Assembly: GCA_965202985.1 (NCBI GenBank)
Contig: CBDBCF010000001.1
Location: forward strand, 1,504,001-1,568,000
Direction of reading: 5' to 3'
Length of the DNA: 64,000 bases
Origin: Longimicrobiales bacterium
GTDB lineage: Bacteria > Gemmatimonadota > Gemmatimonadetes > Longimicrobiales > Gaopeijiaceae
Part shown: positions 27,083 through 36,787 of the stretch, one piece after another
Layout of the letters: each line of letters opens with the position of its first letter
Numbering within the stretch: the first letter of the stretch is position 1
Position numbers and translations under genes: made by a program
Notes under the pieces: model-generated
Told to the model about the DNA's origin: nothing
Seen by the model: the letters and a program-made list of their open reading frames with translations, nothing else
Databases searched by the model: none

Positions 27083-28494
27083 GCAGGCCGAAGCGAGTCT
27101 TGATCGTCGACGACCACGACGCGATGCGCGAGGGCCTGGAGCTGCTGATGCGCCGTCGCGGCCACTCCACCCTGTCCGCGGCAGGCGGCCGCGAGGGGCT
27201 GACGCTGCTGGAAGAGCAGGGCGCCGACCTGGTGGTCACCGACCTCAAGATGGCCAAGGTGAACGGCATGGACGTCCTGCGCGAAGCCAAGAAGATCGCG
27301 CCGGCAACGGACGTGCTCGTGATCACCGCCCACGGCACCGTGGAGACCGCCGTGGAGGCGATGAAGCTGGGGGCCTGCGACTTCATCTCGAAGCCGTTCT
27401 CGTCCGAGGAGTTCGGGATCAAGGTGGACCGAATCCTCAAGGACCGAGCGGCCCGCGACCGACTTCAACGGGAAAACTTGGCGCTGCGGGTGGAGAACAC
27501 CTACCTGCGGAGCGAGGCCGCGGACGCAGACGCCCCCTACGGCGAAATGGTGGGGCAGTCCGAGGGGATGCGGCGCGTGCAGCGGTTCGTGGAGCGCGTG
27601 GCCCGGTCCGACTCCACCGTCATGGTCTACGGCGAGTCGGGGACGGGGAAGGAGCTCGTGGCGCGGGCGATCCACGCGCGGTCGCGGCGCCACGACGGTC
27701 CGTTTGTTCGCGTGAACTGCGGCGCGCTGGCCGAGGGCGTCCTGGACTCGGAGCTGTTCGGACACGAACGCGGCGCCTTCACGGGGGCGGAGCGGCAACG
27801 CCGGGGGCGCTTCGAGCTGGCCGACGGCGGCACCCTCTTCCTGGACGAGATATCGACGGTCACGCCGGCCACCCAGGTCCGCCTCCTTCGCGTGCTGCAA
27901 GAGCGGGAGCTGGAGCGAGTCGGCGGCGAGAAGACGATCTCCGTGGATGTGCGGATCGTGGCCGCCACCAACACGCCGGCCGAAGAGCTGCTGTCGGGCG
28001 ACGACTTTCGCGACGACCTGTACTACCGGCTGCACGTGGTGCCCGTGACGGTGCCGCCTCTCCGTCAGCGCAAGGAGGACATCCGCCCGCTCGTGGCGCA
28101 CTTCGTCAAGAAGCTCCAAGCCAGGACGGGAAGCGCGGTGACGGAGGTGGACCCGGCGGCGGCAAACCGGCTGGAGGAGTACGACTGGCCCGGCAACGTG
28201 CGGCAACTCGAGAACGTCGTCGAGCGGGCCTTGGTCTTGGCTGAGGGCCCCGTGCTCCGGGAAGGCGATCTGCCGTTCCTGGCCGGCACCGGCGCGCCCG
28301 CGGCGGGGGTCAAGGGGGGCAGCGGGTTGCCCACCGGGGGCGTGGACCTGGACAAGACCGTCGACGGCGTGGAGGAGCGGCTGGTCCGCCAAGCGCTCAA
28401 GCAGGCGGGCGGCGTCAAGGCCGAGGCGGCTCGGTTGCTGGGGATCAACAAGAGCAACCTGTACTACAAGCTCAAGAAGTACGGGATCTCTTGA
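27079..28494 (+). CDS. Sigma54-dependent NtrC-family response regulator
   Basis: Receiver (IVDD, TDLKM), GESGTGKE, GAFTGA, WPGNVRQL, Fis-type HTH; ATGA overlap with the kinase. Confidence 0.96.
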   Translation: MSRPKRVLIVDDHDAMREGLELLMRRRGHSTLSAAGGREGLTLLEEQGADLVVTDLKMAKVNGMDVLREAKKIAPATDVLVITAHGTVETAVEAMKLGACDFISKPFSSEEFGIKVDRILKDRAARDRLQRENLALRVENTYLRSEAADADAPYGEMVGQSEGMRRVQRFVERVARSDSTVMVYGESGTGKELVARAIHARSRRHDGPFVRVNCGALAEGVLDSELFGHERGAFTGAERQRRGRFELADGGTLFLDEISTVTPATQVRLLRVLQERELERVGGEKTISVDVRIVAATNTPAEELLSGDDFRDDLYYRLHVVPVTVPPLRQRKEDIRPLVAHFVKKLQARTGSAVTEVDPAAANRLEEYDWPGNVRQLENVVERALVLAEGPVLREGDLPFLAGTGAPAAGVKGGSGLPTGGVDLDKTVDGVEERLVRQALKQAGGVKAEAARLLGINKSNLYYKLKKYGIS

Positions 28495-28498
28495 GACG

Positions 28499-29443
28499 GT
28501 GCGGGATCTCGTGAGGCGCGGGACGGTGCTCGTGGCGGGCGCGCTGGCGGCGTTGCCGGTCGAGGTGCCGGCCCAGACCGGAACGCCCGCGCGCACGGGG
28601 ACCAGCTTGGATTCGCTCTTCGTCTACTGGGAGGGCGAGTACGAGACCGCCAGGGCTGCCTACGAGTCCGCCTACGAGTTCGTCTACGGCGAGACCGGGC
28701 TCGAAGACCGGTGGGACGAGGTGCTTGCGCAGCTGGCGGGCCTGGGGGGCTCGGGCGAAGATCGGCGACGCGGCAACTTGGAGGCCCGAGCCAAGGACCT
28801 CTCGGACCAGATTCACCGCGAGGAGAACGAACTCTACGCTCTCAAGGAGCAGTGGTGTCGGGCGCGAGAAGGGCTTGCGGAGGCGATCGACGCGCGGCTG
28901 GAGCTGATGGACAACCGCGAAGACACGGCAGGCCCATCGGCGGAGTACCTGGCGCTGAACCGGCGCTTGGTCGATGTCGAGAGCGAGATTGGAGAGAGCT
29001 TCGGGTCATGCGAGATTCAGGCGTTGCCGCCGTTCCCCGGCGTTCGCATCCTGCGCAGCGACGGACCCGACCAACTCCTGGACAAGGCTAGGTTCCTGCA
29101 ATCCAAGCGCAGACAGCACGAGGAGGTCCTTGCCAACCTGGACCGGCAGATCGATCGGCTGACGCGACAGCGGAACCGCAGCAATTTGTTGCGGGCGCTG
29201 GAGGATCACCAGGCGAACGAGGCCCGGTTCGGGCGCAACCAACCCCCCGTCGAGGACGAGGTGTCGGGGGGCGCGGCGCAGGAAGGCGGGCTCCAGGATA
29301 CGGCGGTCGCGGCCCTGCCCGGCGTGCGCCTCGAGGAACGGCTCGCGAACCTGATTGAGTTCAGGGACGAAGTGGCAGAACGGGTGAGGGAGCTGGAAGA
29401 GAAGGAGCGGGAGTTCGTCGGTCGCGCCGGGGGTCTCTCGTGA
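28499..29443 (+). CDS. Secreted coiled-coil hypothetical protein
   Basis: Signal peptide ending VPA-Q; Glu/Arg/Leu heptad-rich body. Confidence 0.65.
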   Translation: MRDLVRRGTVLVAGALAALPVEVPAQTGTPARTGTSLDSLFVYWEGEYETARAAYESAYEFVYGETGLEDRWDEVLAQLAGLGGSGEDRRRGNLEARAKDLSDQIHREENELYALKEQWCRAREGLAEAIDARLELMDNREDTAGPSAEYLALNRRLVDVESEIGESFGSCEIQALPPFPGVRILRSDGPDQLLDKARFLQSKRRQHEEVLANLDRQIDRLTRQRNRSNLLRALEDHQANEARFGRNQPPVEDEVSGGAAQEGGLQDTAVAALPGVRLEERLANLIEFRDEVAERVRELEEKEREFVGRAGGLS

Positions 29444-30621
29444 GGCGCCCGGGACGCTGGGGCGGACTGCTGTTGGTCGCGACCGGGCTGGCGGCGGCCG
29501 GGGGGACGGCTGTCGGAGGGACCGCGGGGGCCCAGGAGACCGGAGGGCGCCGCGTCGAAATGCGGGAGCTGGTGCTGACGGCCGGCGTACAGGGGACCCG
29601 CTACTGGGGCGACTTCTCGTCGGTCACGGTGTTGCAGATCGATTCCACGCGGAACGCATTGGCGGGCACGGGCGAGTTCGGCGTGCGCGGTCAGGTCGCG
29701 GTGCCCGGCGACAGTCGCGAGTTCCGGCTTGACTTCGGGGCCGACTTGGCCCAGTTCGCCACCGGCGGTTTCGAGTTGCGCAACTATGCGCCGCGGGAGT
29801 ACAGCGGCGGACTCGAGCTGTACTACGGTCAGTACCTGGGCGCAGGCGTGCTGGAGACGAAAGCGGAGGTGCGTGCCCGAGGGGTTGCCGACCGGCCGCC
29901 CATGCCGCTCTACCTGCAACCCGGATACCGCCGCTATTCGGGCTCGGTCGGGTACTCGCGACCGATCGCCTTCACGAGCCTGGTCGACGACGTGGATATC
30001 GCCTTTACGATAGAGAACCGAGACTTCGCGGCCCCGCGGCTGCTGCCCCAGCTCGACCTGCTGGACCGGTCGTCGGGCGAGTTGACTGTTGGAACCAGCC
30101 GCTCCTGGGGACGGGGTTCGAGCGACGGGACCGACAAGCTGCGCGTCTTCGGCGCGTATCGATACCACAACTACCCGCGCAAGGGCATCAGCATTCGACG
30201 AAGGGACCGCGCTGCGCGCCTGGGCGTCCAATGGGTTTTCGACCGCCTCGAGACCCTGGGGTTCCACATGGAAGTGGACGTGAGCGGAACGCTGAACCGG
30301 TCGAATTCGCGCCGCGTGGAGTACAATTCGGCGCACTTCAAGGCCGAGGCGGCCAAGATCCTCGGTGCCAAGACGATCGCCATCCTGGACCTGACGTTGG
30401 CCGCCAAGTCCTACACGCACAAAGGTCGGTACCAGTACCTGGTGCCGGGCGAGGAGGCCGACAACGCCACCATCGTTCACGCCAAGTTGGACCGGGAACT
30501 AGGACCCAACGTGCGCGGCGTCTTCGGATTCTTCTGGAACAACGTGGAAACCAACATCAGCGGGGCGTTCTACCGAGCCTTCGGCGCCACCTTCACGATG
30601 AACATCCGGCCCCAGTTCTAG
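29440..30621 (+). CDS. Putative outer-membrane beta-barrel protein
   Basis: Signal peptide, alternating beta-strand pattern rich in Y/F/G, C-terminal Phe (TMNIRPQF). Confidence 0.65.
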   Translation: MRRPGRWGGLLLVATGLAAAGGTAVGGTAGAQETGGRRVEMRELVLTAGVQGTRYWGDFSSVTVLQIDSTRNALAGTGEFGVRGQVAVPGDSREFRLDFGADLAQFATGGFELRNYAPREYSGGLELYYGQYLGAGVLETKAEVRARGVADRPPMPLYLQPGYRRYSGSVGYSRPIAFTSLVDDVDIAFTIENRDFAAPRLLPQLDLLDRSSGELTVGTSRSWGRGSSDGTDKLRVFGAYRYHNYPRKGISIRRRDRAARLGVQWVFDRLETLGFHMEVDVSGTLNRSNSRRVEYNSAHFKAEAAKILGAKTIAILDLTLAAKSYTHKGRYQYLVPGEEADNATIVHAKLDRELGPNVRGVFGFFWNNVETNISGAFYRAFGATFTMNIRPQF

Positions 30622-31847
30622 GCGGCTCGGGCGGCCGACAGCGCCGACAGCACCTGGGCCAAGTCGGCTTCGGTGTGGTCCGCGTTGATCTGGAAGCGGA
30701 TCGCTTCGTCTCCTCGGGGGACCACGGGGTAGGCCAAGCCGGTGGCCAGAACGCCGGCGTCGAAGAGGGCGGCCACCAGGTGCCGGGTCTCGGTCGTGTC
30801 GCGCACCATGATCGGTACGATCGGGTGTTCGCCGGCGATGATCTCGAAGCCCCGTTCGACTAGCCCTTCTTCGAAGCGTCGGGCAAGCGAGCGCAACCGG
30901 CGCAGCAGCGCTTGCCCTTCCGGCCCCTGCAGGATCTCCAGGGACTTCGAGGCCGCGGCGGCCTCGCCGGCGGTGATCGGGTTGGAGTAGATGTACATCG
31001 GCGACGATTCCCGGAGATAGCGGACCACCGGCGCCGTGGAAACCGCATACCCGCCGTTGACGCCGAACGCCTTGCCCAAGGTGCCGATCAGCACGTCGCA
31101 GGGCGGGCCGCCCGCGTATTCCTCGGTGCCCCTGCCCGTCGGACCGAAGGCGCCTACGCCGTGGGAGTCGTCCACGATCACGACCACGTTCTCCGGGTAG
31201 TCCGCGTCGTGACGGGCGGCCAGCGCCATGATCTTGTCCACGGGCGCGTGGTCGCCCCGCATCGAGAAGATGCCGTCGGTGACGACCACGGCGCGGCGCG
31301 CGCGTCCCTTCGTGTCTTGCAGTCCCCGGTCCAGGGCGTCCAAGTCCAGGTGGGGGTACACGGCCTTGCCCGCGGGCCGGGACATGCGGACGGCGTTGAT
31401 GATGCAGTTGTGGTTGAGCGCGTCCGAGAAGACGAAGGTGCTGCCGCCGCACAACGAGGACAGCACGCTGACGACGGCGGCGTAGGCCGACGAGAAGATC
31501 ATGCCCGCCTCGCGCTCGTGGAACCGGGCCAGGGAGCGCTCGAGCTCCACATGGGGTTGGTACGTGCCGGCGATGAAGCGCACGGCGCCGGGGCCTGCGC
31601 CCATGCTGCGCGCCGTGGCCTCTTCGGCCGCGACGACCTCGGGGTGCAGTCCCAGCCCCAGGTACGCGTTCGCGTTCATGCGAAGGAAGGGGCGGTCGCC
31701 CCGGCCCTCCAAGAGGAAGCGCGGACCGAGCCCGTCCGCCGGAGGCAGAACCGATCGCACCACGGTCTCGGCGCCCTTGGCGGTTCCTTGGTCTTCCATG
31801 TCGGCGACCAGGTCGTTCAAGACTCCGGCCAAGCGGTCCATGGGCAT
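30618..31847 (-). CDS. kbl: Glycine C-acetyltransferase (2-amino-3-ketobutyrate CoA ligase)
   Basis: ANAYLGL, SDALNHNCII, DGIFSMRGD, DDSH, GTLGKAFG; adjacent to a threonine dehydrogenase. Confidence 0.85.
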   Translation of the reverse strand: MPMDRLAGVLNDLVADMEDQGTAKGAETVVRSVLPPADGLGPRFLLEGRGDRPFLRMNANAYLGLGLHPEVVAAEEATARSMGAGPGAVRFIAGTYQPHVELERSLARFHEREAGMIFSSAYAAVVSVLSSLCGGSTFVFSDALNHNCIINAVRMSRPAGKAVYPHLDLDALDRGLQDTKGRARRAVVVTDGIFSMRGDHAPVDKIMALAARHDADYPENVVVIVDDSHGVGAFGPTGRGTEEYAGGPPCDVLIGTLGKAFGVNGGYAVSTAPVVRYLRESSPMYIYSNPITAGEAAAASKSLEILQGPEGQALLRRLRSLARRFEEGLVERGFEIIAGEHPIVPIMVRDTTETRHLVAALFDAGVLATGLAYPVVPRGDEAIRFQINADHTEADLAQVLSALSAARAA

Positions 31848-31857
31848 TTGCGGCGAC

Positions 31858-32856
31858 CTACCTTTCTGGTTGCGCGACGAGGCGGCCGGCGCCGGCCGAG
31901 GCGGTCGAGCGGACCACGCCGTTCAGCATCGCCGGCACCATGTCGGCCAGCTCGTATTCGTGACGCCAGCCCCACTGCGACCGGGCCTCCGAGTCGTCCA
32001 GGCGCTCCGGCCACGAGTCGGCGATGGCTTGGCGCAGCGGGTCCGGGTCGTAGTCGATCTCGAAGCCGGGAACGTGCTGCTTGATCGCGGCGGCGAGCTC
32101 GGCGGGGGTGAACTGCATAGCGGTGACGTTGAAGGCGTTCCGATGCGTCAGGGCCTCCGCCGGTGCCTCCATCAGCTCAAGCGCGGCGCGGACCGCATCG
32201 GGCATGTACATCATGTCCAGCCGCGTGTCGGCGCGAAGAAAGCACCGGTAGCGTTCTCCGGCCGCGGCGGCGTGGAAGATCTCCACGGCGTAGTCGGTGG
32301 TTCCGCCTCCGGGCGGCGCGCCGTACGACACCAGGCCGGGAAAGCGCAAGCCCCGCGCGTCCACGCCGTGGCGCCGGTGGTAGTAGTCGCATAGAAGCTC
32401 GCCGGCCACCTTGGTGACCCCGTACATCGTAGCGGGCCGCTGCACGGCGACCTGCGGAGCCGGGTTCCGGGGACACCCGGACCCGAAGGCGGCGATCGAG
32501 CTGGGCACGAACACCCGACATCCCTCCGCCGCAGCCGCCTGGAGCACGTTAAGAAGGCCGTCCATGTTGGTGCGGTACGCGGCCGCGGGGTCCGCCTCGG
32601 CGGCGGCCGACAAGACGGCGGCCAGGTGAAAGACCGTCGTCGCGCCCGACTCCCGAACCGCGTCGTGCACGGCGGCCCGGTCCAGGCAGTCGATCCGGCG
32701 CGCCGGAAAGTCGCCCGCCCAGCCCTCCGGGTCGCGGATGTCGGTGGCCAGCACCGCGTCCGGCCCGTGACGCTTCGCCAGCCGCGCCACCAGCGCGGAC
32801 CCGATCTGGCCCGCCGCCCCCGTGACCAGGAACCGGCTCACGCCTTTGGCGTCCAC
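31858..32856 (-). CDS. L-threonine 3-dehydrogenase, SDR type
   Basis: TGAAGQIG, PSSIAAFG, YGVTK, PGGGTTDYAV, RQAIADSWP. Confidence 0.88.
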   Translation of the reverse strand: MDAKGVSRFLVTGAAGQIGSALVARLAKRHGPDAVLATDIRDPEGWAGDFPARRIDCLDRAAVHDAVRESGATTVFHLAAVLSAAAEADPAAAYRTNMDGLLNVLQAAAAEGCRVFVPSSIAAFGSGCPRNPAPQVAVQRPATMYGVTKVAGELLCDYYHRRHGVDARGLRFPGLVSYGAPPGGGTTDYAVEIFHAAAAGERYRCFLRADTRLDMMYMPDAVRAALELMEAPAEALTHRNAFNVTAMQFTPAELAAAIKQHVPGFEIDYDPDPLRQAIADSWPERLDDSEARSQWGWRHEYELADMVPAMLNGVVRSTASAGAGRLVAQPER

Positions 32857-33155
32857 CGCTCGCTGTCGCGGGCTTCGTACTTCTCCATGGCGCGGGCGAA
32901 CGCGCTCTCCAAGTCGATCTTCTGCTGGTTGGCCAGCGACACCAGCACGAAGAGCACATCGGCGATCTCGAGCTCCAGCTCCACAGGTGCCTCGTCGTCC
33001 CGCTTGGGCTTGGAGCCGAAGCGGTGATTGAGTTCCCGGGACAGCTCGCCGACCTCTTCCATCAGGCGCGCCAAGATCGCCAGGGGCGGCCAGTAGCCCT
33101 CTTCAAAGCGCCCGATCCACTGGTCCACCCGGTCCTGGGCCTCGCGGAACGTCAC
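32838..33155 (-). CDS. MazG-like nucleotide pyrophosphohydrolase (YpjD-like)
   Basis: GYWPPLAILARLMEEVGELSRELNHRFGSKPK...EIADVLF; GTG start overlapping the upstream stop. Confidence 0.9.
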   Translation of the reverse strand: MTFREAQDRVDQWIGRFEEGYWPPLAILARLMEEVGELSRELNHRFGSKPKRDDEAPVELELEIADVLFVLVSLANQQKIDLESAFARAMEKYEARDSERWTPKA

Positions 33156-34171
33156 GGCTTGAGGACGATCTTGCCGAAGACCCGACCGGCCTCCAGGAGT
33201 TCGTGCGCCTTGCGGGCCTCGGCCAGCGGCAGGACGGCGTGGACCGGAGGCGACACCGCACCCGAGAACACCATGTGCATCGCCGCCCGGAACTCGGCCG
33301 GCGTGCCCATCGTGGAGCCCATCACGGTAAGCTGGCGCCAGAAGAGAACGCGCAGGTCCAAGGCGCCTTCGTGGCCGGTGGTGGCGCCGAAGCACACCAG
33401 GCGGCCGCCCACGGCCAGCGTCCGCACCAAGTCTCCGAAAATGGCCTTGCCCGCCGAGTCCAGGCACAGGTCCACACCGCGCTTGCCCGTGGCGCGGTAC
33501 ACATCCCGGCTCCAGGTGGGGGCGGTGCGGTCGAAGACGTGGTCGGCGCCCAGGTCGCGCACGTTCTTGGCGAACGTGGGCGAGGTGAGCGCGAAGACCT
33601 CCGCCCCAGCGGCCTTGGCGTACTGAATCGCCAGCGTGGAGACGCCGCCGCTGGCCCCCGTGATCAGGACGCGCTCCCCGGCGCGCAGCCGCCCCCTCGA
33701 CATGAGGCCGCGCCACGCCGTGACGCCCGCCAGAGAGGAGGCGGCCGCGGTCTCGGCCGTCACGCTGCCGGGGATCTCCACCACGTTGGCCGCGGGCACC
33801 ACGCAGTACTGGGCGAAGCCGCCCTGGGTGTGCTCGCCGGTCACCACGTAGGGCTGGGCGCGCGCGCCGTCCCATCGGGCCAGCTCGTACCAGCCGTACG
33901 AAATCGAGGGGTCCGCCACCACCCGCCTTCCCCGCCAAGCTCTGTCTACCCCCGACCCCGTCTCGGTCACCATGCCGGCCACGTCCGACCCGCCCACGTG
34001 CGGCATGGGAATCTCGACCGGCAGACCCCGCCGGAGCCACAGGTCCAGGTGGTTCAGCGACGAGGCCTCTACGCGAACCTGCACCTCGCCCGGCCCCGGC
34101 GAGGGCGTCTCCATCTCTTCGACGGCGACCACCTCCGGTCCGCCGTTCTTGTGAAAGACCGCAGCGAGCAT
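33152..34171 (-). CDS. Zinc-binding alcohol dehydrogenase / quinone oxidoreductase (MDR family)
   Basis: SLNHLDLW, GSDVAG, ITGASGGV, FGKIVL. Confidence 0.9.
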   Translation of the reverse strand: MLAAVFHKNGGPEVVAVEEMETPSPGPGEVQVRVEASSLNHLDLWLRRGLPVEIPMPHVGGSDVAGMVTETGSGVDRAWRGRRVVADPSISYGWYELARWDGARAQPYVVTGEHTQGGFAQYCVVPAANVVEIPGSVTAETAAASSLAGVTAWRGLMSRGRLRAGERVLITGASGGVSTLAIQYAKAAGAEVFALTSPTFAKNVRDLGADHVFDRTAPTWSRDVYRATGKRGVDLCLDSAGKAIFGDLVRTLAVGGRLVCFGATTGHEGALDLRVLFWRQLTVMGSTMGTPAEFRAAMHMVFSGAVSPPVHAVLPLAEARKAHELLEAGRVFGKIVLKP

Positions 34172-34393
34172 TCGTTCCGATGATGGAGGCGCAATGGGGC
34201 GGATTGGGCGCGGGGGCCGACCCGCCGGGCCAAGCCGTCGCACACGGGACAGAAAGATAGCCTCCGCTGGCAGGATCACCCCGCCGCGGCTTACCTTAGG
34301 CTGCGCTGGAGGGTCCCGCCGGCTCAGATCAGCCAGCGCTCGCACGGGTTGCCGACATCGGCGCTCCCAGCCACACAACCAAAGAGGCGCCTC

Positions 34394-34522
34394 ATGAAGT
34401 TCACGACAACTCGGGTCCCGGTGGTGGTCGCCGTCGCGGCCATAGCTTGGCCAGGAGGTCATCCGACGGCCCTTGGGCAGAAGGCGCGCCAAGGTTGCGT
34501 CCCCTTCTCGGGGTCCGCGTAG
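34394..34522 (+). pseudogene. Truncated N-terminal remnant of a beta-propeller paralogue
   Basis: MKFTTTRVPVVVAVAAIAW... resembles the start of the 36788 gene (MKYTVLRVPTAVAVMIV; DNA atgaagttcacg..cgggtcccg vs atgaagtacacg..cgggtcccg); stops after 42 aa. Confidence 0.5.
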
Positions 34523-34649
34523 CATCGTCGGACTCTACGGACCACCGAATGACTTCTGGTTCGCCCCAGGCCGGGTACCTTGGTTTCACGCACGACATGG
34601 GCCTACGGCTTGTTGCCGTCCAACATCCTGCTCTTCGTAGACGCTGGAA

Positions 34650-35577
34650 ATGACTGACCACCTGTTACTGCTCGCGGTTTCGGTTGCGACTTTTGCTTCC
34701 TGCGCTACCTCCCGCGATGCTGCTTTGGTGGTGGCACGAGATAGTGCGGGAATCGAAATCGTCGAGAATTCGCAGGGGGCTTCGTCGAAGGTACCGCCAC
34801 GGCTGAGCCTGTCGGTCGAGCCAACACTTCAGATTGGAAGTCGAGGGGGCCACGAGACCGCTCTTCATCGCGTCGTCGGAACTACGCGACTTGCCGACGG
34901 TCGGATAGTCGTGGCGAACGCGGGCACTGGCGAACTCAGAGCCTTTGGTCCCGCTGGCGAGTTTGTCGATTTGGATGGCCGAACAATAGGCAAGGCAGGA
35001 AGCTGGCCGGGCACGAAATCTGTAATGAGGGTCGCTCGCGGCGACGTCGGGAGGCTGACCATTGCAACCGTGCTCGTGCCGTTCATGGACACGTTCGAGG
35101 CGGTGGTTCTGCGCGACGAGATCGTTGTAGCAAACAACCAGCGCATACGAGATGTACGTGCATGATGCGGCAGGTCGCCTGGTTCGGATCGTGCGCAAGA
35201 TCGTGGAGCCCCGAGCCGTGAGCTCGAAGGTCCGCAAAGACTGGGTGGAAGCACAAATGGCCGATGCCGCTGCCGGCGGTACAGGCCCGCGAACCCGCAG
35301 GCTGCATGAAGAGTTGCCGTTTCCGGCTACGATGCCGGCGTTTCGGTCGGTGGCGACGCAGAAAGGCGGGCGGCTTTGGGTGGAAACGCATCAACCGGAC
35401 AACGCCGGTCTGGGCGAGACGCTGTGGGACGTGTTCGACGAACAGGGCGCTCTGGAAGCCCAGGCAACGCTGCCGGCCGGCTTTCGTCCGCACGAGATCG
35501 GCTTGGATTACCTGCTTGGCGTCTGGAAGGACGAATTGGGAGTCGAGTACGTGCAGCTCTACGACCTGAAGTCTTGA
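34650..35577 (+). pseudogene. Frameshifted, internally deleted 6-bladed beta-propeller lipoprotein
   Basis: ORF 34650-35165 (lipobox FASC, RDSAGIEIVEN, LADGRIVVANAG) continues in another frame as 35152-35577 (LGVWKDELGVEYV); the family GxGPGEF motif is missing. Confidence 0.75.
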
Positions 35578-35640
35578 CCGGTCATCTGGCCAACTCCATG
35601 ATCGCGGCCTGAGGGTCTGTCGCCCATCGGGTATCGTGCC

Positions 35641-36768
35641 GTGAACGAGAGGGCCAGTCGTTGGCTCGTAGCCATATGCGGCGCTGCCGACTGGCTCGCG
35701 TGTTTCCCGGGCGCTCTGTTTGCGCAGTACCACATTGATCTGTCGCAAGCAGCCGTGGAGACGGTCGTCGGACCGCGCTTCGAGGGCGGATACTTCCATC
35801 GCATCGGGGACATCGTCGTCAACGAAGATGGGATCTGGGTGCTGGACTCGGGACAAGGCAAGATATGGCGCTTTGGCCACGATGGACGACCGCGAACCCA
35901 ATACGGCCGGCCCGGCTATGGGCCGGGCGAGTTCCTCAACCCCACAAAGCTGAATGTCGATACCGTGCTGGACGTACTGGACCCGCGCCAGGGCAGGATC
36001 GTTCGCTTCACGCTTGCCGGTGACCACATCGCTACCCGAACGACGCCGAAGGTTGCAAACACTCTGGGCATTCGCGTGCCGCCCCTGCTCGTAAGGCCCA
36101 TGAGCGACGGCACAACGGTTGCTGTCACGAGCGGATGGTACGCGCCGGAGCCGAGGTACAGCGACCCGTATGAACGAGTGCTGGTCGTGCGTCCCGGGAC
36201 CGACCAGCGGCCGGATACGGTCTTCAGCTATCACTTCGGCGGTGCTCGGTGGCGCGCTGGCAGGCACTTCGGAGGCGTGAACGTCCCATTTGGCAGCGCC
36301 GGTGCGGTGGACATCCTCGGCGACACGGCCCTTGTCGTTGCCGATGGCGTTGCCGGCGTCGTCTCCCTCCTTCGGATCGCAGAGGATGGGCTGGTTGTCG
36401 CAGACACGGTCGATATTCGCCTCAGGGGCGCGCCCACAACCGCCGAAGATGTTGACGACGTACGGTTCGCCCTGCGCGAGTCTCGCGGGACGCTGCCCAG
36501 GGGCGTCGTCATCGACATGCCCGAGTACTGGTCCGTCGCGAGCGCGGTCGTTGCTCTGCCGGACGGGACCGCGTGGGTGCGTCAAGCCGCAGGTGGGCGA
36601 CGCCAACAGTGGACAGTGGCGAGCTTCCATTCGCCGAACGTGTGGCGGATTGTGCTGCCGGAAAGCTTCGACCTGCTGGCAGTACATGGCCAGTATGTGT
36701 ACGGTGTGGCAAGGGACATTCTTGACGTGGAATGGGTGGGTCGAATCGAGGTTGGACCGTTTCCGTGA
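35641..36768 (+). CDS. 6-bladed beta-propeller family protein
   Basis: YGRPGYGPGEF; C-terminal YGVARDILDVEWV. Confidence 0.8.
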   Translation: MNERASRWLVAICGAADWLACFPGALFAQYHIDLSQAAVETVVGPRFEGGYFHRIGDIVVNEDGIWVLDSGQGKIWRFGHDGRPRTQYGRPGYGPGEFLNPTKLNVDTVLDVLDPRQGRIVRFTLAGDHIATRTTPKVANTLGIRVPPLLVRPMSDGTTVAVTSGWYAPEPRYSDPYERVLVVRPGTDQRPDTVFSYHFGGARWRAGRHFGGVNVPFGSAGAVDILGDTALVVADGVAGVVSLLRIAEDGLVVADTVDIRLRGAPTTAEDVDDVRFALRESRGTLPRGVVIDMPEYWSVASAVVALPDGTAWVRQAAGGRRQQWTVASFHSPNVWRIVLPESFDLLAVHGQYVYGVARDILDVEWVGRIEVGPFP

Positions 36769-36787
36769 ACACAGTAGCGCTGCCCGA

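Noticed and set aside
32838..33155. MazG-like gene as an anti-phage or toxin-antitoxin component
   Set aside because: Short YpjD-type housekeeping form embedded in a metabolic operon with no partner gene.
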